The translations under genes were made by a program, and so were the position numbers. Below the pieces are notes generated by a model. It had not been told where the DNA came from, ran no database searches, and worked only from the letters and a program-made list of their open reading frames with translations. From Anolis carolinensis (taxonomy: Eukaryota), in NCBI RefSeq assembly GCF_035594765.1, contig NC_085846.1:8233190-8297189 (forward strand): 64,000 nt of DNA, in the 5' to 3' direction. Positions 39,570 through 49,854 of this stretch are shown in pieces (position 1 is the stretch's first letter; each line of letters starts with the position of its first letter).

Positions 39570-39756
39570 CAGGCATGGGCAATCTTGGGCCTTCCAGGTG
39601 TTTTGGACTGCAACTCCCACCATTCCTAACAGCCTCAGGCCCCTTCCTTTTGCCCCTCAGCCGCTTAAGCGGGGAAAAGGAAAGGGCCTGAGGCTGTTAG
39701 GAATGGTGGGAGTTGCAGTCCAAAACACCTGGAAGGCCCAAGATTGCCCATGCCTG
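39570..39756. mobile_element. Palindromic hAT-type MITE
   Basis: Near-perfect 187-bp fold-back CAGGCATGGGCAA...TTGCCCATGCCTG. Confidence 0.85.
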
Positions 39757-40099
39757 GCTTAGTTCATATATTGTAGCAGGTAAAGGTGTGTTAGCTGTTG
39801 TAGTTTAGTTTTACATATACGAAAAATGTTTTGGGTTTTTTTATGGTGGTGTTTTTTGTTTTGCTCTTTTTGGTATTCACAATTTTGTCTTTTGTTGTTC
39901 TGCAAGTCTGTACTTTTCCTTTTTTGTTTTACGAAGGAAGAAAACAAGGTTAAGAGAAATCTTGCCCTCAAGACAATCCTTGACTTTTTTACCAATTCAA
40001 TCTTTATTCAGTTGTGTTATGATTTGAGAAATGGGAGATTCTGTAGGAATAATAAAAAAAGAGTCCTCACTGCAAAATATTTGCAGAATGTGGCTCCCG

Positions 40100-40450
40100 T
40101 TAATCCTTCCCTGCCGTCGCAGCGATCTCCTGGTACATGCGCGAAGCCACCTCCGGCAGGGCCTCCTCCATCTGCCTCACGAACTCGTTGCGCTCCTCCT
40201 GTGTCCAGCCACGAAACCACTGGTCCCAGAGGCGCATCTGGCACTCGAAGATGGAGGGGGGCTTCCCGGGGTCCATGCTCAGCCCGGCCAGGCCTTCCAG
40301 GAGCGGGAGCACTTTCCAGGGCACAGCCTTGTCCACCATGTCGCGGATGAAGCACTCACGTTGCGCTGAGGACCAGCCGGAAAGCCAGTGCAAGAGGCAG
40401 CGCATCTCCTGTGAGGTCACATAAGAGAGGGGAGGCGGGACGGCAGACAT
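40100..40450 (-). CDS. C14orf119: C14orf119 orthologue (DUF4508 protein), 116 aa, single coding exon
   Basis: MSAVPPPLSYVTSQEMRCLLHW...PPSIFECQMRLWDQWFRGW...ERNEFVRQ...AATAGKD matches recalled human C14orf119. Acceptor ttgctctag|G lies one base before the ATG; AATAAA on the minus strand at 40008-40003; head-to-head with ACIN1 as in human. Confidence 0.93.
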   Translation of the reverse strand: MSAVPPPLSYVTSQEMRCLLHWLSGWSSAQRECFIRDMVDKAVPWKVLPLLEGLAGLSMDPGKPPSIFECQMRLWDQWFRGWTQEERNEFVRQMEEALPEVASRMYQEIAATAGKD

Positions 40451-40899
40451 CCTAGAGCAAAAGAAAGAGATGCAAGAGAGAAATGACTCCCAGCTGTTAG
40501 GAATTGTGGGAGTTGAAGTCCAAAACACCTAGAAGGCCAAAGTTTGCCCATGCCTAATCTAGAACCTGTTAATGCAGTTAGAATTGAATTGGCTTTTTGA
40601 GCTGCTGTATCACACTGTTGTCTCATGTTTTTCTTTGCAGACTACTAAAAGTCTCAAATTCCCTTCAGATATGCAGTAGAGTCTCACTTATCCAAGACTC
40701 GCTTATCCAACTTTCTGGATTATCCAAGGCATTTTTTGTAGTCAATGTTTTCAATATATCATGATATTTTGGTGCTAAATTCATAAATACAGTAATTACA
40801 GCATAACATTACTGCGTATTGAACTACTTTTTCTGTCCAATTCGTTGTATAACATGTTTTTGTGATTAATTTGTAAAATTATAACCTAATTTGATGTTT

Positions 40900-41205
40900 G
40901 GGAGCCCCAGCATTGAGCTGGAGACCGAAAGGTCCCAGGTTCAAACCCCGAGAGCGGCGTGAGCGGCCGTTGTTAGCTCCAGCTCCTGCCAACCTAGCAG
41001 TTCGAAAACATGCCAATGTGAGTAGATCAATAGGTACCGCTCTGGCGGGAAAGTAACGGCACTCCATGCAGTCATGCCAATGGCCACGTGACCTTGGAGG
41101 TGTCTACGGACAACGCCGGCTCTTCGGCTTAGAAATGGAGATGAGCACCAACCCCGAGAGTCAGACATGACTGGACTTACCGTCAGGGGGAAACCTTTAC
41201 CTTTA
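40900..41205 (+). mobile_element. Sauria SINE nested in Tc1 MITE 40674-41311
   Basis: 10-bp TSD TTTGATGTTT (40890-40899, 41207-41216). Confidence 0.88.
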
Positions 41206-41397
41206 GTTTGATGTTTAATAGGCTTTTCCTTAATCCCTCCTTATTATCCAAGATATTTGCTTATCCAAGGTTCTGCCGGCCCGTTTAGCTTGGATAAGTG
41301 AGACTCTACTGTATTGTTTTCAAGCCAAGTGGAAATAAAGAATATGGATAAACTGACCTTTTCATTAAAACAGTAAAATAAAAAGGTCAGTTTTTAT

Positions 41398-41673
41398 GGA
41401 GCCCCCAGTGGAGTAGTGGGTTAAATCCTTGTGACTTGAAGGTTGGGCTGCTGACCTGAAAGCTGCCAGGTTCGAATCCCACCCTGGGAGAGTGCGGATG
41501 AGCTCCCTCTATCAGCTCCAGCTCCATGCGGGGACATGGAGAGAAGCCTCCCACAAGGATGGTAAAAACATCAAAACATCCGGGTGTCCTCTGGGCAACG
41601 TCCTTGCAGACGGCCAGTTCTCTCACTCCAGAAGCAACTTGCAGTTTCTCAAGTCACTCCTGACACAAAAAAA
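41398..41673 (+). mobile_element. tRNA-derived SINE (Anolis SINE2-like) inserted in an L1-like 3' remnant (about 41320-42112)
   Basis: B-box GGTTCGAATCCC and 3' CCTGACAC + A-tail; second copy on the minus strand at 63314-63529. Confidence 0.75.
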
Positions 41674-42608
41674 TTGAAAAAAAGTAATAAAACAGTGCAA
41701 TGGTAAAGGTATAAAATGACCGATTGGTCAGTCTTTGAAGATTACATAAAGAATAAACATTTTTAAATACATCAGGAGTATCAAGAAGGGAGGAAAAGAC
41801 TAAAACAATTTCTACTGAACCTAACAGGGTTATGGATTTATACCCATACTATTAAGGGCATAAGGAGGAAGAACGGAAGTCTAATATAATTTTTAAAATA
41901 TTTTTTTTACATTTTTTAATATTCTTTTTTACATTTGTTTTCTTTTTTCTTTTTGGATTTTGATGAACTGCTGGTGTGGGTTTCTTTTGTTGTTAATTCT
42001 ATTCTTGATTTATTCTATATTTTCACCCACCTTTCCTATTGAAAAATTGTTCTCACACTTTCACTGTATCTAATATTTGAAACTTTAATAAAAATATATT
42101 TTTTAAAAGAAAATATTAGTGCATTTCATATTTAACGACTTCAACATATTCCCGGTTGAAATTCATTTTGCCCTCTAATCTGGAGCATTTTTTACTTTAA
42201 CAGATTAGAGCCAGAAATGGGAGCAGGGAATACAAGGTAGCATTTCAATCCACAGCCTGCTTTTGAGGATTATCTGCAATGGCAAGAGGGAAATTATACT
42301 TTCTGCCAAGTCCCTTATTTTCTACTAACCCCAGAAGCCAGCCTCTCTGTCAGGCTAGAATGTGGGATTTCCTAACATGGTGACTTCCTTTTTCCTTCCT
42401 TCTTTCACCTCTCATTTTAACTTCTTTCCAGACCTTGGAAACAGGATTGCTCTGGTTCTGTGGTATGCTCTTAATCAATCCTACGACTGTGGCATTTTAA
42501 AGAAAAAGGTAACAGAAGACAATGGAAAACAACAAACAATGCAATTAGTTTCCCTTTACAACATTGTTCTGGCAATGAATTATTTTAAATGCGATCAGGA
42601 TGTTTTTA

Positions 42609-42727
42609 CGTAGCTGTGAGCTGAAAGGGCTGTACGGCCATGTTGCAGAAGCATTCTTTTCTGATGTTTCGCCTGCATCTATGGCAGGCATACTCAGAGG
42701 TTGTGAGGTCTGTAAGCAAGTGGGGTG

Positions 42728-42797
<70 letters not shown>

Positions 42798-43703
42798 GTC
42801 CAGGGTGGGAGAAAGAACTCTTGTTGGAGGCAAGTGTGAATGTTGCAATTGGCCCATTGATAAGCATTGAATGGCCTTGCAGCCTCAAAGCCTGGCTGTT
42901 TAGTGTTTGGGGAGGATCCTTTGTTGGGAACTATTAGCTGGCTCTGATTGATTCATGTAATGAATCAAACACAATATAAAACACAATAATGGTTCAAAAC
43001 ATAAGTAGTACACAATATGTATATTAGAGCATCATATACATATTACATTCACAGGATCAATGCTCAGTCCTATGGTTGATTGATTCATGTCTGGAATTCC
43101 TGTTTTCTGAGTGTTGTTCTTTATTTACTACTGATTTTAGAGTTTTTTAATACTGGTAGCCAGATTTTTTTTTCAATTTACATGGTTTCCTTCTTTCTGT
43201 AGAAATTGTCCACATGCTTGTGGATTTCAATAGCTTCTCTATGTAGTCTGACATGATGGTTGAGAGAGTGGTCCAGCATTTCTGTGTTCTCAAATAATAT
43301 TCTGCATCCAGGTTGGTTCATCAAGGGCTCTGCTATGACTGACTTCTCTGGTTGAGTTAGTCTGCAGTGCCTTTCATGTTCCTTGATTCGTGTTTGGGCA
43401 ATGCTGCTGCGTTTGGTGGTACCGATGCAGACTTGTCCACAGTTGCATAGCATACGGTAGACTTCTGCAGAGGTGAGAGGATCCATCTTGCCCTTTGATG
43501 AACATAGCTTTTGTTGGCTTTTCTTACCATACATCAAGAGGACTACTCACCACATAAAGAAGCTGATGAAGAAATCCAACATACGAACTATCTACAGAGC
43601 CACCAAGAAAATGCCTGCCATACATGTGGGCGAAACGTCAGGAGAGAATGCTTCTGGAACATGGCCATACAGCCCGGAAAACTCACAACAACACAGTTAT
43701 TCT
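42609..43703 (-). mobile_element. Penelope-like element: GIY-YIG endonuclease remnant and pLTR, with an inverted segment
   Basis: ORF 43178-43537 VYRMLCNCGQVCIGTTKRS...TRIKEHERHC...LHREAIEI is GIY-YIG-like. pLTR at 42609-42960 includes a (TA)n(TG)n tract. Inverted plus-strand piece FLPYIK...IYRATKK plus pLTR at 43510-43703. Confidence 0.85.
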
Positions 43704-44593
43704 GACCATCAACAACACTGAATGTTTTGCTTTACAAAGGAACATTCCAAGGTCAACACCCATTCCTCCTCTTATTATTTTTTATTCATTTCTATCCTGC
43801 TTTACTCCAATGGGTGGGATTCAAAGTGGCATACAACATATAAAATTCATACAAATGCATCTTTTTAAAATACAATAAGACACCTGCAATTTCAGAATTG
43901 ATACTCATAATAAAATATACAGTACAGCAGTCTCGCTTATCAAACATAAATGGGCCAGCAGAACATTGGATAAGCAAAAATGTTGGATAATAACCAGGGA
44001 TTAAGAAAAATCCTATTAAACATCAAATTATGTTATGATTTTACAAATTAAGCACCAAAACATCATTTTTACAACAAATCGACAGAAAGATCAGTTCAAT
44101 ACAAAGTAACGTTATGTAGTAATTACTGTATTTACAAATTTAGCATCAAAACATCGCAATGCATTGAAAACATTGATTACAAAAACACTGACTATTAAAA
44201 GACAGACTCTGTGTTGGATAATACAGAACATTGGATAAGCAAAGGTTGGATAAGCAAAGGTTGGATAAGCGAGACTCTACTGTATCTAAATAAAAAGAGC
44301 AAGCATTTTGGCCCTTAATGAGTTGCTGTTACGGACTAGCTCCTCAAAAAATTAATGAATACATCATTTTCCATGCATATGGGCAACACCTGACCAAAAT
44401 CCCTTCATGGAAATGAAATTCCTTGTGATGGAAGATTTTTTTCAAGGTAATTTTAATTCAGAATCAAAGAAAACATACTAAACATGCACTAATAATATAA
44501 AAGAGCACAATGTTTGTAATACATAAAGCAAGAACTACACAGCCACATTTCAGCTGCTACAACTAACTACAAAACTAAATCAAAACAAAAGAT

Positions 44594-44892
44594 TTCCCCA
44601 GGCAGGAAGCAGCCAGGCTTTGAAGCTGCAAAAGCATTCAATGCTAATCAAGGTGGTCAATGACAACATTCACACTTGCCCCAGACAAGAATTCTTTCTC
44701 CCACCCTGGATATTATTCTAAAGATATATAAACTCAACTTGCCTAGTTTCCAACACACCTCACAACATCTGAGGATGCCTACCATAGATGTGGGCGAAAC
44801 GTCAGGAGAGAATGCTTCTGAAACATGGCCACACAGTCCGGAAAACTCACAGCAACCAAGTGGTTCCGGTTATGAAAGCCTTCGACAACACA
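44594..44892 (+). mobile_element. Penelope-like element pLTR
   Basis: Reverse-complement match to 42609-42900. Confidence 0.8.
44766..44806 (+). ncRNA. Minimal type I hammerhead ribozyme motif within a Penelope pLTR
   Basis: caU CUGAGGA U GCCUAC-CAUAGAU-GUGGGC GAA AC GUC^AGG: intact core, 6-bp stem II, palindromic ACGU stem III. Confidence 0.7.
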
Positions 44893-45046
44893 TATTATTC
44901 CATTCTTACCCATCTCTTTCCATTGATGGAAGCAGGGAAGAAGAATATATCAAAATGCAACATATTCCAGCAGTTAATCTGTAATATATACAGAAAATCT
45001 TGACAATAAGCGAGAGGGGACAAAAAAATGGGCTCGGAGTCCTCAC

Positions 45047-45120
45047 CTCGGTCCGCACCCTGGTTTCAGCGGGAAACCCCTCCCACTCCTCCCGACCTCG
45101 CCGCTTCCATTTCAAGACTG
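45047..45120 (-). other. Probable non-coding first exon of C14orf119 (5' limit uncertain)
   Basis: Minus-strand donor GAG|GTGAGG at 45047/45046 at the edge of the CpG island; TATATAA-like element at 45145-45152. Confidence 0.55.
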
Positions 45121-45494
45121 AGCCGCGGGCTGGCTGGCTGGGAGGTTATATAAGGAGAGCCGGAAAGAGCCGAGAATAAACGGAAAGAGCCGAGGATGGG
45201 TTCCTTCCGCTTGGCGGAAACTGACGAAGATTAGCCGGCGAGTTGCCAAGTGTTGACGGACGCTTCCGGAAGATGCCGAGTCCTTGTCGGAACCTACTTC
45301 CGCTCTTCGGAAAAGAAGCGACGACTTAAGAGTAGCAGCGCCGCAATTCCCTCTGGACGGGAATTACCGAACGGATGGCGGAAGTTGCCGAGCGCGATCG
45401 AAGGCGGTGTCGGCGCCCGTCCGAGAGCGCCGAACGCGCCTCCGGAAGTTGCCGAACGGCCGGGGAGGGAGGGCAGGCAGCGGCGCCACACAAG

Positions 45495-45632
45495 ATGGCG
45501 GACGGGGAGGAGGTTACTCTGGACGGGAGGCCGCTCCAGGCGCTGAGGGTCGCCGACCTGAAGGCGGCCCTGGAGCAGCGCGGCCTGGCGAAAAGCGGGC
45601 AGAAGAGCGCGCTGATTAAGCGCCTCCGAGGG
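45495..45632 (+). CDS. ACIN1: Acinus (apoptotic chromatin condensation inducer 1) exon 1, SAP domain
   Basis: [46 protein letters not shown]; donor GGG|GTAAGG; alternative in-frame ATG at 45375. Confidence 0.93.
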
Positions 45633-46039
45633 GTAAGGAAGCCGAGGGGTCCGGCCGGAGAGGGGGGCCCAGGGGCCCGGGCCGCTCCGCGCATGCGCAG
45701 CTGCGAGCGAGACAGTTTTGTGCCTCCAAGCAACGGGGGCCCAGGCCCTGGGGTGCAGTCGGGAGGGAGGGCGCATGCGCGGGGCAATCGCCCACTCCTG
45801 CCACCCGCTGGAAGGGGAAGTGTGTGGGATTGCACTAGTTGCGCATGGAAGTTGGGGGGGGGGGGTTGCATAGCTTTCAGTGCGGAGAGGGCCTGCACTT
45901 TGGCATCACTTTGGGGTTCCCTTCTTTTATATAAGAGGGGGTTCCTTGCTTTTAGATAAGGTTGTGGAAGTTGGGGCTCAGGTTGTTGCACCACGTGATC
46001 TCTCTCTCTCTCTGCCTCAGACCAGTTATCTATCTAGTG

Positions 46040-46174
46040 CAGGCCAGGGCCAACTTGGGCCCTCCAGGTGTTTTGGACTCCAACTCCCACAATTCCTAAC
46101 AGCCGGTAGGGCTGTTAGGAATTGTGGGAGTTGGAGTCCAAAACACCTGGAGGGCCCAAGTTGGCCCAGGTCTG
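46040..46174. mobile_element. Palindromic hAT-type MITE (second copy at 46461-46598)
   Basis: Perfect 8-bp TSD ATCTAGTG. Confidence 0.85.
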
Positions 46175-47129
46175 ATCTAGTGAAACTGGGGATCAAGTTA
46201 ATCTACTTCCTTATCACTTTGGAATCTCACTTTTCAACTTTTCACCCCATGTTTGACTTTTCCTTAAGAGTTTGTTGCTCTCTCTGGCCCCTTCCACACA
46301 GCTGTATAAAATCCGACATTATCAGCTTTGCATTGGGTTATATGACAGTATATTCTCAGATAGCCCCGTTCAGAGCAGATATGGTGGATTAACTGCCTTG
46401 ATATTCTGAGTTATATGGCTGGGCGGAAGGGTCTTCTGGATTCCCTGATACTTCATATAGCAGGCATGGGCAAACTTGGGCTCTCCCGCCAGGTGTTTTG
46501 GACTTCAGCATTCACAATTCCAAACAGCCAGCAAGCTGTTAGGAATTGTAGGAATTGAAGTCCAAAATACCTGGAGGGCCCAAGTTTGCCCATGCCTGTT
46601 CTGTAGACATTTAGGATGTACACAGCAAGCATGGCAAGCTCTGGAGTGCTGTGCCACTTAATTTTAAACACATTCATTGCTGTGAAAAGTTTCTGGAAGA
46701 TCTCTCAGCCAGCCAAAGTAAGTCACAAAGCTTAGCCTGACTTTTCCACTTTCCTGTCAACTCCCCCCCCCCCTTGTTTAACCTTTCCTTAAGAGTTTAT
46801 TGCTTAGCCAAGACTTCCTAAGGGCCCTTCTATACAGTCATATAACCCAGAATATCAAGGCAGATAATCCACAATATCTGCTTTGAAATGGATTATCTGA
46901 GGCTACTTCCACACAAATTAATAAAATCCCGCATTATCTGCTTTGAACTCTGATTAATGGCAGTATGGACTTAGATATTCCAGTTCAATGCAGATATTGT
47001 GGGTTATTCTGCCTTGATATTCTGGGTTACATGGCTGTGTGGAAGGGTCCTGAGTTCACACTGCCATATAATCCAGTTCAATGTGGATTTTATGCAGCTG
47101 TGTGGAAGGGGCTGTATAAAATCTACCAG

Positions 47130-47952
47130 CAGAGCTTTCCAAACTGTTGCAGTGGCTGCATTGTGTCAGGTGAACACAAGAAACTTCTGAGTCTATGTGA
47201 AATTACACCAATGTGCATGCATTTTACACACTACCAATTAGTATGGTGCACTGGTACAGTAGAGTCTCACTTATCCAACATTCACTTATCCAACGTTCTG
47301 GATTATCCAACGCAGTTTGCCTCTCACCCCGATCCACAGCTGTTTCTCTAGGCAGGAAGGATTGAACTTTTTATGGATTTAACCTTTGACAATGTTGCTA
47401 CTGTAAGTTCATTTAATGCAATTCTATCTTTATTTGTAGTCAATTTGTTAGTAGCCAATTTTTTTTAGTCAATATTTTCAATATATTGCGATGTTTTGGG
47501 GCTAAATTTATAAATACAGTAACTACTACATAATATTACTGTTTTTTTGGACTGCTTTTTCTGGCAATTTATTGTAAAACATGTTTTTGGTGCTTAATTT
47601 GTAAAATCATAATATAATTTGACGTTTAATAGGCTTTTCATTAATCCCTCTTTATTATCCAACATTTTCACTTATCCAGCATTCTATTGGCCCATTTATG
47701 TTGGATAAGTGAGACTCTACTGTATATTCACCTTGGAAATACGGTATATGTTAATGCCTTTTAAATAATATATTTTTTAAAATATCAATGTATTGTTTAG
47801 ACATACATTTCATTATTACAATCTGTGTATGTATCCATATCTCTTATAAAGTGGTTTAACATCCAGTGTGCTAGTAAAACTGAATTACTGTATGTCGAAA
47901 TGATGCAGGTCTAAAACGTGTGTCACCAACATGAAATGTTTGGAAAGCTCTG
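47130..47952. mobile_element. hAT-like non-autonomous element with nested Tc1 MITE
   Basis: TIRs CAGAGCTTTCCAAAC ... GTTTGGAAAGCTCTG. Confidence 0.65.
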
Positions 47953-48474
47953 CTCTATAGGCATTTAGGTTGCACAAAATCAGCATGGCGAGCTCTGTAG
48001 TGCTGTGCCAAAGCTCTGCTGTTCCAAATTAATACACATGTATTGTTACTAAAGGTTTTAGGAAGATCTCTTAACCTGCAAAGGTAAGTGCCAAAGCTTA
48101 ACCTATCGCAAAGCCAAAGTTATCTCCATTCTTAAGAGAAAGAGTTGCAAAGCCAAAGTAGAGCAAGTAACTTTGGCTTTGTGACAGGTTAAGCTTTGGG
48201 ACTTACCTTCAACAAATACTTCAGGATTGTACACAGTGAAGAGAGTAGATAATTGGCACCTGGCCTAGTGCAGAGGCTTTAAACAGCGGTGTTTTTGCAA
48301 CTTAGAATGGTTGTGAACAAGTCAGGAATGTTTGAAAATCTACCATCCAGTGATTTCTTCTAAAAGAGACTCAATACAGTGAAAAGTAGTGAAAAATACA
48401 ATATACAATTTAAAACATAAAAATCTAGGTCTGAATGTGGATGTCCCTGTGTGGATGCCTCATGGCAGTGAGGT

Positions 48475-49078
48475 GAGCAGTTGGAAAGGAAATTGCAGCT
48501 TATGATGACAAAAGTTTATGATGTTCTGGCTTTGGGGAGCAGAAATAATTGTATAGGACTGTCTTAGAGTGCCCGGTATGTTAAGTCCAGAGAGAAAGTT
48601 GAGAGAATCCATGGTAGTAATGTTTAAATATTTGAAAGGATGTCAGATTGAGGAGGGGGCAAGCTTGCTTTCTGATGCTCCAGAGACTAGGACATAGAGC
48701 AGTGGATTCAAACTGCAGGAAAAGAAAATCCAACTGAGCATTAGGAAACATTTTGTGACTGAACTGATTGGCAATGGAATTTGCTGCCTTTTGAGTCTGC
48801 TTCTCTGGAGGTTTTTAAGCAGAGACTGGGTCTCCTTCCACACAGCTGAATAAAATCCCACATTATATGCTTTGAACTGGAATATATGTGGACTCAGATA
48901 ACCCAGTTCAAAGCACATGTTGTGGCATTTTCTGACTTGATATTCTGGGATATAGTATTGTGTGGATGGGCCCTTAATGGCCATCTGTCAGGAGTGTTTT
49001 GATTGTATTTTCATGTATGGCAGAATGGGGTTGGACTGGATGGCCCTTGGAGTCTCTTACAACTGTATGATTCTGTGA
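48475..49078 (+). mobile_element. Degenerate CR1 3' fragment with MITE insert
   Basis: Similar to 15000-15428; ends ATGATTCTGTGA. Confidence 0.7.
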
Positions 49079-49854
49079 TGTTCAGAGCATGGCTAAATTA
49101 CAATTTGTAGTACAGCTTTCAGACTCCCCAAGCCGAAATGGAAATGTAATTCAAAAAGGTAACTTCTCTAGACTCTGATGGTGTTTTTCTTCCTTCTCCC
49201 TCCATAACTTGAGACTTGAGTTAAAATACTATGCACATTGTAAAACAGCTTAGCATTCATGGTGTGCCAAATGTGACACATGACCCAGTAATCCTTATAC
49301 AGGTTTATGTCAGGTAAGTCAATGTTAATTTCTCCAAGCGGCAGGAGATCTGAAGCCTTCAGTACGCCTCTGTCCTAAGGACGCTTTGTTTGTTCGATGA
49401 CAGGGATGTGCCCAGGATATTGTGTCTTAGACTGCTGTAGGTCTCAGTCATCTCGGTGTTAGTGCTTTACTGTGCATGCTGTCACTGAAATATTTGGCTT
49501 TTCATTTTGCCTGTTGATGTAATTTGAACAGTTAATGTTTATGTTGCTAAAACCTTAAAATGAAAAGAAGTAATTAGTTCCACTGAATTCAGCTGGGCTT
49601 AATTCCTGGTAATTATCTTTCCAAAGAACATTCCAGGTGTGTTGCTTTCTGCTGATGGCATGCAGATTTGGATTATTGGGAAGCTAGAGTGATGAGTAGG
49701 AAAAGCTACCTAGTCTCCTGTTGTTAATTTACAACTTCTGTCATCTTTAACTATTAAACTTCCTTGGGGTGCTGTAACTCCCTAGAGACTGGGGTTTAAA
49801 TTCCTGCTCACCAGGAAAACCCACTACATGACTAAGGGCAAGTGATCCTCCTTC

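Larger units (their letters stand above)
45030..45800. promoter_or_regulatory. CpG-island bidirectional promoter ACIN1/C14orf119
   Basis: High GC and CpG density. Many (C)CGGAAG ETS/GABP sites, YY1/TISU-like CAAGATGGCGG at the ACIN1 start, and two NRF1 palindromes GCGCATGCGC (45689-45698, 45771-45780). Confidence 0.85.

Noticed and set aside
41398-41485. tRNA gene suggested by GGTTCGAATCCC
   Set aside because: It is the tRNA-derived head of a SINE, with no cloverleaf.
49385-49500. Possible H/ACA snoRNA or pre-miRNA in ACIN1 intron 1
   Set aside because: The stem relies on many G-U pairs, and there is no properly placed ANANNA or ACA box.
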